Positions 16,739-25,297 of a DNA stretch of 44,266 nucleotides are shown one piece after another (position 1 is the stretch's first letter; each line of letters begins with the position of its first letter). Below the pieces are notes generated by a model. That model made no database searches, was not told the origin of the DNA, and worked only from the letters and a program-made list of their open reading frames with translations. Made by a program: the position numbers and the translations under genes. The stretch comes from a virus, in the IMG/VR virus record IMGVR_UViG_3300045988_092115, positions 1 through 44,266 of that record, one strand, 5' to 3'.

Positions 16739-18553
16739 TTAGTTAATCAATTCGCCATTATTGTAATTGACATTGGATATAACTGACATATCATCAATTA
16801 TTGATTCATCTCCTGCTGAATCGCACAAATATGTGTAAACAGTATCATCTTTTTTATATCCTGACATATAATTAGATGAAAGTTTAATTTTATTTGCATA
16901 GCCTTCATTTTTCATCGTAAACACGCAAATCATTTTACTTGGAGTGTCTTTGCCGAACAAATTATTTAAAATCTGAGTATTATTTATGTATGTCATTCCA
17001 GTTGAAATGATTCTATGCCCAATGTGCGATGACACATCGAATACAACATTGTATGTATCTGCGTAGCACTGATCTAAAATAATTGTAGATTCACCAACAT
17101 ATTTACCGCTCGCATTTCTACTTAATAACTTAAACATCACAGAACCCAATATAAACGAGGGTGTAAGAATAAATGGATGAAATTTTTTTATATTACAATA
17201 AGACGCAGATAAAATCATTCCATAAGTTACATCAACCATATATATCCCATCGAAATAACAATCACTTGATGCGTTCCAGAAACCAATTGCTTTTTTCTTA
17301 TTCGCAATCATCTGTATATCGTAAAACATTATGCCACCGCAATTGTTTTCAATATATATACCAATTTTCGCTAAATGTTTAATTGTAATATTTCTAAATG
17401 TTGATTTTTTTAATTCATCCGTATAGACGCAAACACAATTGATTTTCCGAGCATCAATAAAAAGATTTTTTATTTCAAAGTGCATATCATAAAGATTTGT
17501 TGATTTAATATACAATACACTAGGAATTTCTTCACCTTCATACAATGCTGTGTGTGATGATTCTGCGAAATTGCCATATGCCAAGATTGTTGAACCATTA
17601 AAATCAAATTCAGCATTTATAGTTTTGAATGTTCGGACAATATTTTCGCTTTCTCCCGTTGTGTAAGAATTATCAATGCCAATAAACTCAAGCGTATTTG
17701 AGATCATAAATTGGTATGCTTTCTCACATTTTAGGGGAACGCTATTTTCAATGCAAAATTTTATGCAATTTTGTAAAGCTTCTGTGTCATTGTGTAATCC
17801 ATTTCCATATGCGCCAAAATCGGCGACTGGTGACACAAAGCCCTTTTTGATTTTTAATGCTTTTTGTAAACTTTTGTCATTTAAGAAATAATCATCAATG
17901 AATATTTTGATATCAACATTATTCTCATTGGCATTATAATTGGTTGAGCCTGTTATTGTAAATGCAATATATGCCGTATCGTTTTTGAAATCAAACGTGT
18001 CCGTTCTACTTTCAATGTTTTCGCTTGATGCAACCCATGATGAGCCTAAATATCTCCCGTTAATATCCCACTCTCTAACACTACATCCATTGTGATTATG
18101 TGTTATAATTTCAACGCATTTAAGTAACGACGCTTCAACTTTGTCACTTCGTCTTGTAAATATCGAATCCACAAATTCACCAGCACCATCTATATCTCCG
18201 TTGTGCCAATTGGAAACAAACTTAAAAAAGCCATTGGATTCATAAAATCTAAAATTATCTAAATCTTCCTTTAGTGAACTAGTTTCCTTTTTCAGCGAAG
18301 TAACATCCGTCTTATTCTGCTCGATCTGCTGTGCCTGTTCTGTTGTAGCACCGGGTTTGACTGGATTCTTTTCAAGGTACTCATTTACTGCGTTCTTGAT
18401 TTCTTCCGGCGAGATGTCCCCGCCAATTCCTTTTAAACATAATTCGTATAAATACTTCTCCGTTCTCGTTATTGGTTTCTGGAGTCCGCCCGTGTAATCA
18501 CCTGTCAAGTACGCAAGATATTTTTCTTCCCTTGTTACTGGTTTATCTGCCAT
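16739..18553 (-). CDS. Tailspike/appendage protein with pectate-lyase-type beta-helix (putative depolymerase)
   Basis: 604 aa. The N-terminus has duplicated TREEKYLAYL / TRTEKYLYEL motifs. A central DFGAYGNGLHNDTEALQNCIKFCIENSVPL motif is typical of the pectate-lyase superfamily. The body of the gene is strongly AT-rich. Confidence 0.65.
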   Translation of the reverse strand: MADKPVTREEKYLAYLTGDYTGGLQKPITRTEKYLYELCLKGIGGDISPEEIKNAVNEYLEKNPVKPGATTEQAQQIEQNKTDVTSLKKETSSLKEDLDNFRFYESNGFFKFVSNWHNGDIDGAGEFVDSIFTRRSDKVEASLLKCVEIITHNHNGCSVREWDINGRYLGSSWVASSENIESRTDTFDFKNDTAYIAFTITGSTNYNANENNVDIKIFIDDYFLNDKSLQKALKIKKGFVSPVADFGAYGNGLHNDTEALQNCIKFCIENSVPLKCEKAYQFMISNTLEFIGIDNSYTTGESENIVRTFKTINAEFDFNGSTILAYGNFAESSHTALYEGEEIPSVLYIKSTNLYDMHFEIKNLFIDARKINCVCVYTDELKKSTFRNITIKHLAKIGIYIENNCGGIMFYDIQMIANKKKAIGFWNASSDCYFDGIYMVDVTYGMILSASYCNIKKFHPFILTPSFILGSVMFKLLSRNASGKYVGESTIILDQCYADTYNVVFDVSSHIGHRIISTGMTYINNTQILNNLFGKDTPSKMICVFTMKNEGYANKIKLSSNYMSGYKKDDTVYTYLCDSAGDESIIDDMSVISNVNYNNGELIN

Positions 18554-18622
18554 CTTTTTGCTCCTCTCCGAATAATGTTGGTTCGTCTGGCTGAGCTTCT
18601 TTGACCATTACTACTGCTCCCT

Positions 18623-19444
18623 CTACTCTACATACCATATTTCCATTCTTCCATTGTCCCGGCTGTGCCAACAAGCACCCTCCAAGACTCCCCCGGCAGT
18701 CTCATCCAGATAGTACCAGTCCCCGGTGTTCCCCTCTGGATCTACGTTGTGTCCGTCCCATCTGTGCCACCCGGTCAGCATATAGCCGTCTGCGCCAAAC
18801 AGGTACCAGTGATGGTTGATAAGTTCCCAGCGGTTTTTTAAGGCTTTGCCGCCGGAGAAATACATATACTTACCGTCAGATTTGCGCCATCCGGTCAAAT
18901 AGTTTCCTACGTTGGCCAGCTTTCCTTCGGTCAGATTAACCGCTACATGGTGGCCCTCCAACAGTAGGATATCACCAGGGCGAAGACACGAGTCTCCGCT
19001 AAGGAATTCTTTTTCGATGTATGCATCAAATCCGGCTTTTACCAGTGCCGCCCGAAGGTTGCCAGTATAACAGTAGACGCTCACTCCTTGGAGCTTTTTG
19101 TCCTGCATCAGATATCCCACAGCCTTTACGATAGCGGCAACTCCGGAGCTACAGTCCGCTTCGCAGTCAACCGTGATCTTCGCCGGGTCATAGCCGGATG
19201 CTTTCAGCTGCTGCCAGAAGGTGTAACGGTCTCCCTGATCGTAACCAATATGGTCGTTCTTCGCCGCTCTTTCCGCAAGCTCTGCTATCTTTTTCCCTAC
19301 CGCAGCGTTTGGGTGCCGGAGCATAACGCCCCACGGGCGGCTATACCACGGGATAACGGCCCACTCATCACCTTTCTGATCTCCTGCCTTGCCGCCGGAA
19401 TACTTGCCACGCTCATCATGCCCACAGTTACTTATCATCTCCAT
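18623..19444 (-). CDS. Endolysin-like NlpC/P60-type peptidase with C-terminal cell-wall-binding repeats
   Basis: 273 aa with GDQKGDEW...IGYDQGDRY...EADCSSGVAAIV...GDILLLEGHHVAVNL (Cys/His peptidase layout). This is followed by repeats of the type TGWRKSDGKYMYF / WYLFGADGYMLTGW / GDWYYLDE. Confidence 0.65.
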   Translation of the reverse strand: MEMISNCGHDERGKYSGGKAGDQKGDEWAVIPWYSRPWGVMLRHPNAAVGKKIAELAERAAKNDHIGYDQGDRYTFWQQLKASGYDPAKITVDCEADCSSGVAAIVKAVGYLMQDKKLQGVSVYCYTGNLRAALVKAGFDAYIEKEFLSGDSCLRPGDILLLEGHHVAVNLTEGKLANVGNYLTGWRKSDGKYMYFSGGKALKNRWELINHHWYLFGADGYMLTGWHRWDGHNVDPEGNTGDWYYLDETAGGVLEGACWHSRDNGRMEIWYVE

Positions 19445-19449
19445 ACCTC

Positions 19450-20877
19450 CTATTCTTCATCAAAAAGCCGTTTTTCTTCCGGCTGTGCTTCCTCAACCAT
19501 AGCCTTCGCATCCTCTTTGGTCATGCCCTCGAATTTGACGAAATAGTACCACGCCGGGACCTTGCCTTGCGTAACATACTGCCACCAGCGGCTACGGTCC
19601 GCTTCCCTGTCATACAGGATGTCTCCAAAGTCATATGTAACCTCATAAGGCCCTACAGGTGACAGGTTGTAAAGGTCTGCGTATACGTTAAGTGCGTATA
19701 TGGTGGCATCAAGGCACGCTTCCAACTGATCGCGCACATCCTTGATAAACTGGACAGTGCGCTGTTGGTCAGCTTCTACGCCTGTAGCCGTCTGGATGCC
19801 GGAAGACTCACTAAATACAAAGTACCCATTTGCAAATCCGGCCTTGTATCCTATCTGGCTTAACAGGTTATTGATACCCTTGATTCTGACATCGGTATTA
19901 AGCTGTGGGTTAATCTCCTGGTAAAACTCCTTTGTATCGTTGCCGAATACATTTTTAACGTAGTGCGGAAGACCAACCGCATCCGCCGGGCCACGGTGTT
20001 TTATCTTCTGCCCGCTCTCATACATCAGTCTGTCATCTGCCAGTATGATTTTCTGGCTGTCCTTGATCTCTCCCGCATTCCGGCTGTATGCTATGTCAAG
20101 GTCTTTCAGTTCCTCTACGGCTTCGCGGAATATCGGCAGCCCAAGTGGGGACGATATATCTACGTTATTGGCCTGCGGCGTGCGGAAGATACCAAACATT
20201 GGCTTGTCCAGTGGTTCCCCGGATGCCTTAAGAATCGGCGGCGCATCTTCCAACATGTCCGCCCATTTCGTCTTCGTCAGCGGCACCGGATCACCCAGGC
20301 TCTCAGCAGATTTAGAAACGTATGCCCTGTTGCTCACATAATAGGGGTAGAGCGTCACGCCATCCTGTACCGTCTCCACAAACCTGTGATACTCCAGACG
20401 GGTGTACCATTTCTTCCCGGACTGGTACGAATCTTTGAAGATAATGCCGCGCACATCCAGGTTATCGTAGTCCACAAGCAGCACGTCCGCCGGGGTGAAT
20501 ACGTCCAGGCTTGTGCCATTCGGCTTAAGGAACACCGTACCATATGCACAGCCATACTCCACCCAGTCGCGAAGCTTTGAATAGACAAGGTCTATCTGCT
20601 GCTGCAACCACGTTGCCCGGGCGCTGCCCTCCAGATGTATGCCGATACCCAGAGTCACCAGGCGGGCAGTCTCAGAGCAAAGAGCTTTCGCAAAGTTGAT
20701 AGTCTTAATGCCCTCATCATCATCCAGCCACTCCGGCTGACCGTGGTATATCTTTGCACATTGGTCTATGGCCTTTTCCATGTCTGGAGATACGATGGAT
20801 TCCACATTAAAGTCATTCTCTGCCTGCCGCTTAAAAATCATGCTAAACCACCTTTTTATCGTTGATAAGATTCCCAT
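19450..20877 (-). CDS. Portal protein
   Basis: 475-aa ORF whose ATG overlaps the terminase stop (TAATG at 20875-20879). Size and position are typical of a portal. Confidence 0.75.
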   Translation of the reverse strand: MGILSTIKRWFSMIFKRQAENDFNVESIVSPDMEKAIDQCAKIYHGQPEWLDDDEGIKTINFAKALCSETARLVTLGIGIHLEGSARATWLQQQIDLVYSKLRDWVEYGCAYGTVFLKPNGTSLDVFTPADVLLVDYDNLDVRGIIFKDSYQSGKKWYTRLEYHRFVETVQDGVTLYPYYVSNRAYVSKSAESLGDPVPLTKTKWADMLEDAPPILKASGEPLDKPMFGIFRTPQANNVDISSPLGLPIFREAVEELKDLDIAYSRNAGEIKDSQKIILADDRLMYESGQKIKHRGPADAVGLPHYVKNVFGNDTKEFYQEINPQLNTDVRIKGINNLLSQIGYKAGFANGYFVFSESSGIQTATGVEADQQRTVQFIKDVRDQLEACLDATIYALNVYADLYNLSPVGPYEVTYDFGDILYDREADRSRWWQYVTQGKVPAWYYFVKFEGMTKEDAKAMVEEAQPEEKRLFDEE

Positions 20878-22505
20878 TATGCACTATTCCCCCGTCTCTC
20901 CCACAGCGATTCCGTAGCGTAACGGGTCGCATCAATTAAATGATTGTCCCGGTCTGGATAGCCGCTTATGATATTGCCATCCTTATCCCGGTCGTATTCG
21001 TATTTCTTAAATTCTTTGCATGCTTCCGGTGTTCGGTTCGGGTCCATAACCAGTTTCTTTCCCTGTAGCCACTTCATGGAGTATTCAACGCTACACGGTC
21101 CTTTCTTTGCCGCTCTTGCTGGCAAACCATCGTCTCTGTAATCCGTCACAGATTTAGGCTCTGCGCTGTCGCAAGTTATAACGTAGTCATCATATCCGCG
21201 CCGCTTTATCTCCGCAGATGTCCAACTGTTTTTCTTTTTATTTTCGCGAATTTCGTCAATAAAGAATATAGTTTCACGCGCTGAATCGTAATATATGCGC
21301 ACAAACCCATACGGGTCTGGATACCATCCCCAGTCAACGCCCTGATAGATGCGGTCCATCTGGCTGATTTCTTCATCAGTTATGGTCCGCTCCTCGATAA
21401 ACTCAAATACGTTGCCGCCGTTTCCGTTGGCTTCGCCCATGTACTCGTTGTCGTAGGCAGCAGGATTGACCTCTTTCAGATGCTCAGCATCATTGATGAA
21501 CTGTTCACCCAACCATTCTGCCGGAACATCCTTGTATGTGCTTCGGACCACCTTTGCAGCAGAATCCTTGAACTCTGCTTCTGTGGTGTACTCATTCGCC
21601 CAGTTGTTTTTGCTCCTCGGTGGGTTGAATGATTTAAACCTGTAGGCCTTATCGCCACCACGGATGGCCGACTGCTGTATATTTCTGACCTCTTCCGGTC
21701 CGGCGAACTGGTCCAACTCCTCAAACCACACGATACCGATGTAGCCAAACTCCGGCTTTATGGACTTAATCTTAAGCGGATCGTCAGCGCCGCGGAAGTA
21801 TATCTTCTGCCCGGTCGGCTTGTAAGTTATTTCAAACGGAGAAGTCTTGAACTTAAATTCGTCCTCCAGCCCCATCTTCGATATGGCCCACTTAATCTGA
21901 GCATAAACGGAATCCTTGATAGTGTTACCGACCTTACGTAGCACCAGAGCGTGCATATCTGAGTGGTTTTTCAAAAGCTCTATGATAATACACGAAATCC
22001 CGGAAGACTTCGTGCTACCGCGTCCGCCGGGCAAAACATATTCTGTGTGTAGTCCGCGCCGGATGTCACGCACCATAGGGTGGAACACATCGGCTATGAT
22101 ATCAAGGTCAAGATGGTACTCACCTGCTGCTCTGGCGGCTTCTGCTGCTTTCTGCTGTGCTTCTTTCTGCTCCTTGATGGTGATAGCTTTTTCCAGGTCA
22201 GACATGGCCTTAAGCTGTTCGGAAAACGCCGGGGTAAATCCGAAGGAATCCTTCACCTCGCCCCGCGCTATCATGGCCCGCCGCTTCTGGATATCCGCAA
22301 GAGACATAGTGTCGGTACCGTTGCGCCTGTCAAGCTCTGCCTGTTTGTTCGCTATATAGGCCGCAACATCAGCATTCTTCAACAGTCTGCATCCTTCCTG
22401 TTCTGGCTTCTTATATCCCGCTTTCCTCGCCGCATCAGTCGCATTCCCACCATTTTCTATGAAGTTTTTCGCGAACGCTTCCCGCTTCGGCGTAAGATCG
22501 GCCAT
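20877..22505 (-). CDS. Terminase: small-subunit-like N-terminal domain fused to PBSX-type large subunit
   Basis: 542 aa. Residues 1-~60 (LTPKREAFAKNFIENGGNATDAARKAGYKKPEQEGCRLLKNADVAAYI) match the HTH pattern of small terminase subunits. Later, VLPGGRGSTKSS is a Walker A motif and IVWFEELDQF is Walker-B-like, both typical of large subunits. Confidence 0.8.
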   Translation of the reverse strand: MADLTPKREAFAKNFIENGGNATDAARKAGYKKPEQEGCRLLKNADVAAYIANKQAELDRRNGTDTMSLADIQKRRAMIARGEVKDSFGFTPAFSEQLKAMSDLEKAITIKEQKEAQQKAAEAARAAGEYHLDLDIIADVFHPMVRDIRRGLHTEYVLPGGRGSTKSSGISCIIIELLKNHSDMHALVLRKVGNTIKDSVYAQIKWAISKMGLEDEFKFKTSPFEITYKPTGQKIYFRGADDPLKIKSIKPEFGYIGIVWFEELDQFAGPEEVRNIQQSAIRGGDKAYRFKSFNPPRSKNNWANEYTTEAEFKDSAAKVVRSTYKDVPAEWLGEQFINDAEHLKEVNPAAYDNEYMGEANGNGGNVFEFIEERTITDEEISQMDRIYQGVDWGWYPDPYGFVRIYYDSARETIFFIDEIRENKKKNSWTSAEIKRRGYDDYVITCDSAEPKSVTDYRDDGLPARAAKKGPCSVEYSMKWLQGKKLVMDPNRTPEACKEFKKYEYDRDKDGNIISGYPDRDNHLIDATRYATESLWERRGNSA

Positions 22506-22523
22506 CTCCTCACCATCCTGTCA

Positions 22524-22781
22524 TTACTGCCATCCTTCCAGTGCTTCCCACATCTCCTTTAATGTCATGACAACATCTACCTGTGATGCAGTCCTGATGA
22601 TCTCATAGTCCTTTGTTTTCCACTTACCTTTCACATATTGCAGTGTAGGTGTACTCACGCTGTACATGGTTATCATCCGGTTCTGATCCGCACTGTAAAA
22701 CTGGCTTGTTCCTATCTTTGTTACAAACTGCTTTGTGAGCAATGCTCTTTGCAGCTTTCTTTGTATCTGGTTAAGGTTCAT
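22524..22781 (-). CDS. Hypothetical protein, first gene of the late unit
   Basis: 85-aa ORF between a terminator and the terminase gene. Confidence 0.6.
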   Translation of the reverse strand: MNLNQIQRKLQRALLTKQFVTKIGTSQFYSADQNRMITMYSVSTPTLQYVKGKWKTKDYEIIRTASQVDVVMTLKEMWEALEGWQ

Positions 22782-22810
22782 ATACTATCACCCTATTTTG
22801 ATTTTATGTT

Positions 22811-22854
22811 ATACAAAAACAGGGCGTATCCCCTTGTTATGGTGATATGCCCTG
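22811..22854 (-). terminator. Intrinsic terminator (minus strand) between the accessory genes and the late operon
   Basis: cagggcgtat (22820-22829) pairs with atatgccctg (22845-22854) with one mismatch. The minus strand then reads TTTTTGTAT. Confidence 0.55.
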
Positions 22855-22869
22855 TCCATTTATTATTCA

Positions 22870-23046
22870 TTAAACCTCTGTATTAAGCCACTCTCGTATA
22901 AAATCCCGGCCATAATCATGATTGCATTTTCCTCTACATCCGTACCCAAAATCCTTGCATCTTTCATCACAGTCGAAATCTTTTGTGTGTAGCAGTTCAA
23001 TCAATTCATCCTCAGATGCGTTTCTTATAAGGTCTATGTTTTTCAT
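22870..23046 (-). CDS. Small Cys-rich protein
   Basis: Start moved to the ATG at 23046, preceded by GAAGGGAG. It is 58 aa with the motif CDERCKDFGYGCRGKCNHDY (four Cys). Confidence 0.55.
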   Translation of the reverse strand: MKNIDLIRNASEDELIELLHTKDFDCDERCKDFGYGCRGKCNHDYGRDFIREWLNTEV

Positions 23047-23077
23047 TTCGCGCTCCCTTCGAATCCTAATTTCAGTT

Positions 23078-23986
23078 TTACTTATAATCCTCAAATCGTT
23101 TTACTGCTGCAAAAGCATACCTTGAGTTCACCCAACGTTGCAAACGTTTGAGATCATCTCCATTCCGCAGCTTGTGCTTATCGTAGATCATCACATATGG
23201 GCTGTATCCAATATCTCTCAGCGTATATATTCGCTCCAGATCTTGTTCCAGTGTTGTATCAAACCCACACAGTATATACACACTCATTTTTCGATAATCC
23301 CATGCTGTTTCCTTCTTAAACATTTCAAATTTCGGAACAATCATATTTTTATCTTCGTATCGATCCCAAGCGAAATGTATCTGCTTGATTCTCATTTGCT
23401 TAAGATAGCTGGCCTTCTCCACCTTCATTATACGGATATCACAGCCTTGGGAAAAATCCACCCATGCTCTGCTATCAATGAGCTGCTGACTTAAATCTTT
23501 CCAGTCCTTGCACGCAAACATGTTAGGATCCAAAAGCACTATATTTTTCTGCCCGGCCCAAAATTCTGATAGATTAGCCACTTTTTTACTGCATTGTCCT
23601 TCTTTTTTCCCAACTATGCAAAAACCGCACCCCCTCGGGCATCCTCTCGTCAGAAATCCATATGCAGTGTCCTTGCACAGTTCTGGATACATACCATAGT
23701 CCGGATAGATATGCTCAATTTCCGGCGGCAACGGCTCACCGCCGGACGGATATGTATATCCAGTGCCGCCTCGTATGATCTCCATACCATTCACAGGATG
23801 CGGATAGTCTGGCGTAAACGTAAACACTTTGCTCATGTACACCCTGTCCGGTGGATCTGCCCATGCTGTCAGCGGATCGTACCACTCCACTGTATCCCCA
23901 CGCTGCTTATGCCATGCCGATAGCTTCATAAGTGGCAATCCTGGGAAGTTGTGGCCGTCCACATCAATCAATGCAACTCTCATCAT
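23078..23986 (-). CDS. Radical SAM protein
   Basis: 302 aa with the CPRGCGFC (CxxxCxxC) cluster motif after a small N-terminal alpha/beta domain. No second Cys cluster is present. Confidence 0.75.
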   Translation of the reverse strand: MMRVALIDVDGHNFPGLPLMKLSAWHKQRGDTVEWYDPLTAWADPPDRVYMSKVFTFTPDYPHPVNGMEIIRGGTGYTYPSGGEPLPPEIEHIYPDYGMYPELCKDTAYGFLTRGCPRGCGFCIVGKKEGQCSKKVANLSEFWAGQKNIVLLDPNMFACKDWKDLSQQLIDSRAWVDFSQGCDIRIMKVEKASYLKQMRIKQIHFAWDRYEDKNMIVPKFEMFKKETAWDYRKMSVYILCGFDTTLEQDLERIYTLRDIGYSPYVMIYDKHKLRNGDDLKRLQRWVNSRYAFAAVKRFEDYK

Positions 23987-23998
23987 GTCTCCTAAATC

Positions 23999-24349
23999 TT
24001 AAATAAACTCCGTAATATCATAGACTTTTGATATTTCCAGCAGCACCTCTCGCATATCTGCCTTAGACCAAAGCTGCCGATAAAACACAGCCATGAGACC
24101 GTCAAATGTATCAATGCCAAACTGCAGGTTATCGTAAATAATCTCATCAAATGTCTCATTATCCGTGTAAAACTCCGGCGGCATATCTTCGCTTCTAGCC
24201 TTATAAACTGCTCTGATCAAGTCTCTAGCTGACATATCTGTATCGTAGTCTCTGTACATTGCCTGCCGATCTTTCACATAGCAATCATTATATGGCAGTT
24301 CGAGCATGTCCATTTCTGATACCGATTTAGTACTTAAATTAATTCTCAT
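23999..24349 (-). CDS. Acidic hypothetical protein
   Basis: 116-aa ORF, tightly spaced with its neighbours. Confidence 0.65.
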   Translation of the reverse strand: MRINLSTKSVSEMDMLELPYNDCYVKDRQAMYRDYDTDMSARDLIRAVYKARSEDMPPEFYTDNETFDEIIYDNLQFGIDTFDGLMAVFYRQLWSKADMREVLLEISKVYDITEFI

Positions 24350-24371
24350 CTTTATCTACGACCTCCAAATC

Positions 24372-24572
24372 TTAATTATCTGCTTCCATTGCCTGCATCA
24401 GCTTATCTCTCATCAATACAACATTCTCATATGTCATCGAGTCCCAAAGCCCGTTATTCACTGCTCTGATTAGTGTATTTAATGCATTAATCTGACCCAA
24501 ATCATACGTTCTTGCCAGTCTCTCATCCATAGCTTTTCTTTGGTCTTCAAAATCTTTTTCATAGCCTTCCAC
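24372..24572 (-). CDS. Small hypothetical protein
   Basis: 66 aa with a GTG start preceded by GAGGTGA. Confidence 0.55.
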   Translation of the reverse strand: MEGYEKDFEDQRKAMDERLARTYDLGQINALNTLIRAVNNGLWDSMTYENVVLMRDKLMQAMEADN

Positions 24573-24576
24573 TTCA

Positions 24577-24729
24577 TCACCTCAATCTTAAATTTAATCC
24601 AAACTCTTCTTTTATGACTTCTATTGCTTTCAATGCACCGTCTTCGTACCAGTCATAATACTCTGGTTTATCCGCAACAAGAATCATGTCGGACCCATTA
24701 TCAGCAATCTCATGTAACTTTTCTAACAC
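24577..24729 (-). CDS. Possible unlisted 50-aa ORF
   Basis: Hand translation: VLEKLHEIADNGSDMILVADKPEYYDWYEDGALKAIEVIKEEFGLNLRLR. It has a GTG start and a weak ribosome-binding site, and it fills an otherwise empty 150-nt gap. Confidence 0.3.
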   Translation of the reverse strand: MLEKLHEIADNGSDMILVADKPEYYDWYEDGALKAIEVIKEEFGLNLRLR

Positions 24730-24965
24730 CCTGCTGATCGAACTTGAATAATGTAATCACCTACACTTACATGGTGCGTACCCTCTAATGTGTTGATAAA
24801 CAATTCTGTCAAATCATAATACATGATGCCTTTTTCATATGCTTCAGCCGCCCAGTCAGGAACATAATATTTACCATCTGCTCCCTTTAAATCTCCGTCA
24901 TACTGAAATGCTTCTACAGCCACAGGTTTTTTCTTATATTTCATATCTCTCTCCTTATTATGCAA
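24723..24965 (-). CDS. C-terminally truncated paralogue of 8486..8785
   Basis: 80 aa. Similarity to the 99-aa protein runs up to ...THHVSVGDYIIQ. The ORF then ends as VRSAGC-stop instead of [21 protein letters not shown]. Confidence 0.6.
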   Translation of the reverse strand: MHNKERDMKYKKKPVAVEAFQYDGDLKGADGKYYVPDWAAEAYEKGIMYYDLTELFINTLEGTHHVSVGDYIIQVRSAGC

Positions 24966-25227
24966 ATCGTAACTGCCCGCCTGTCTCTTCTTTCAAGCGA
25001 TCCACACGGCAGTTTGGCAACCGCTTCGCAACACACAAATCCTTTAAGTTCGCTCGCACCAGCACCGTTGGTATCGGCGGGCAAACTGCATTTCCGCAGC
25101 GCCGCACCTGTTCAGCCCGTGGATATACCTTTCCTTCGCAGTCACGGTCGATTATGTAATCTTCCGGGAACCCCTGGCCCATAGTATCCTCCTCTTGCGT
25201 AATCCGCTTAAGTTTGATACAATGGGC
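24958..25227 (-). pseudogene. Remnant of a C5 cytosine DNA methyltransferase (motifs IX-X only)
   Basis: KRITQEEDTMGQGFPEDY...RRCGNAVCPPIP matches the R.LT..E.ARLQGFPDDY ... GNAV.PP C-terminus of C5-MTases. Similarity continues upstream of the ATG to an in-frame TAG at 25228-25230. No catalytic N-terminal part exists anywhere in the window. Confidence 0.65.
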
Positions 25228-25242
25228 CTAAGCAGATTAGGT

Positions 25243-25285
25243 AAGTGGTGGTATCATCTTGGCGGGTGACCACCACTTGTTTTTA
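25243..25285 (+). terminator. Plus-strand-oriented intrinsic terminator hairpin in a minus-strand gene region
   Basis: aagtggtggt (25243-25252) pairs perfectly with accaccactt (25269-25278), followed by gttttta. Confidence 0.45.
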
Positions 25286-25297
25286 TGTGTCATAATC

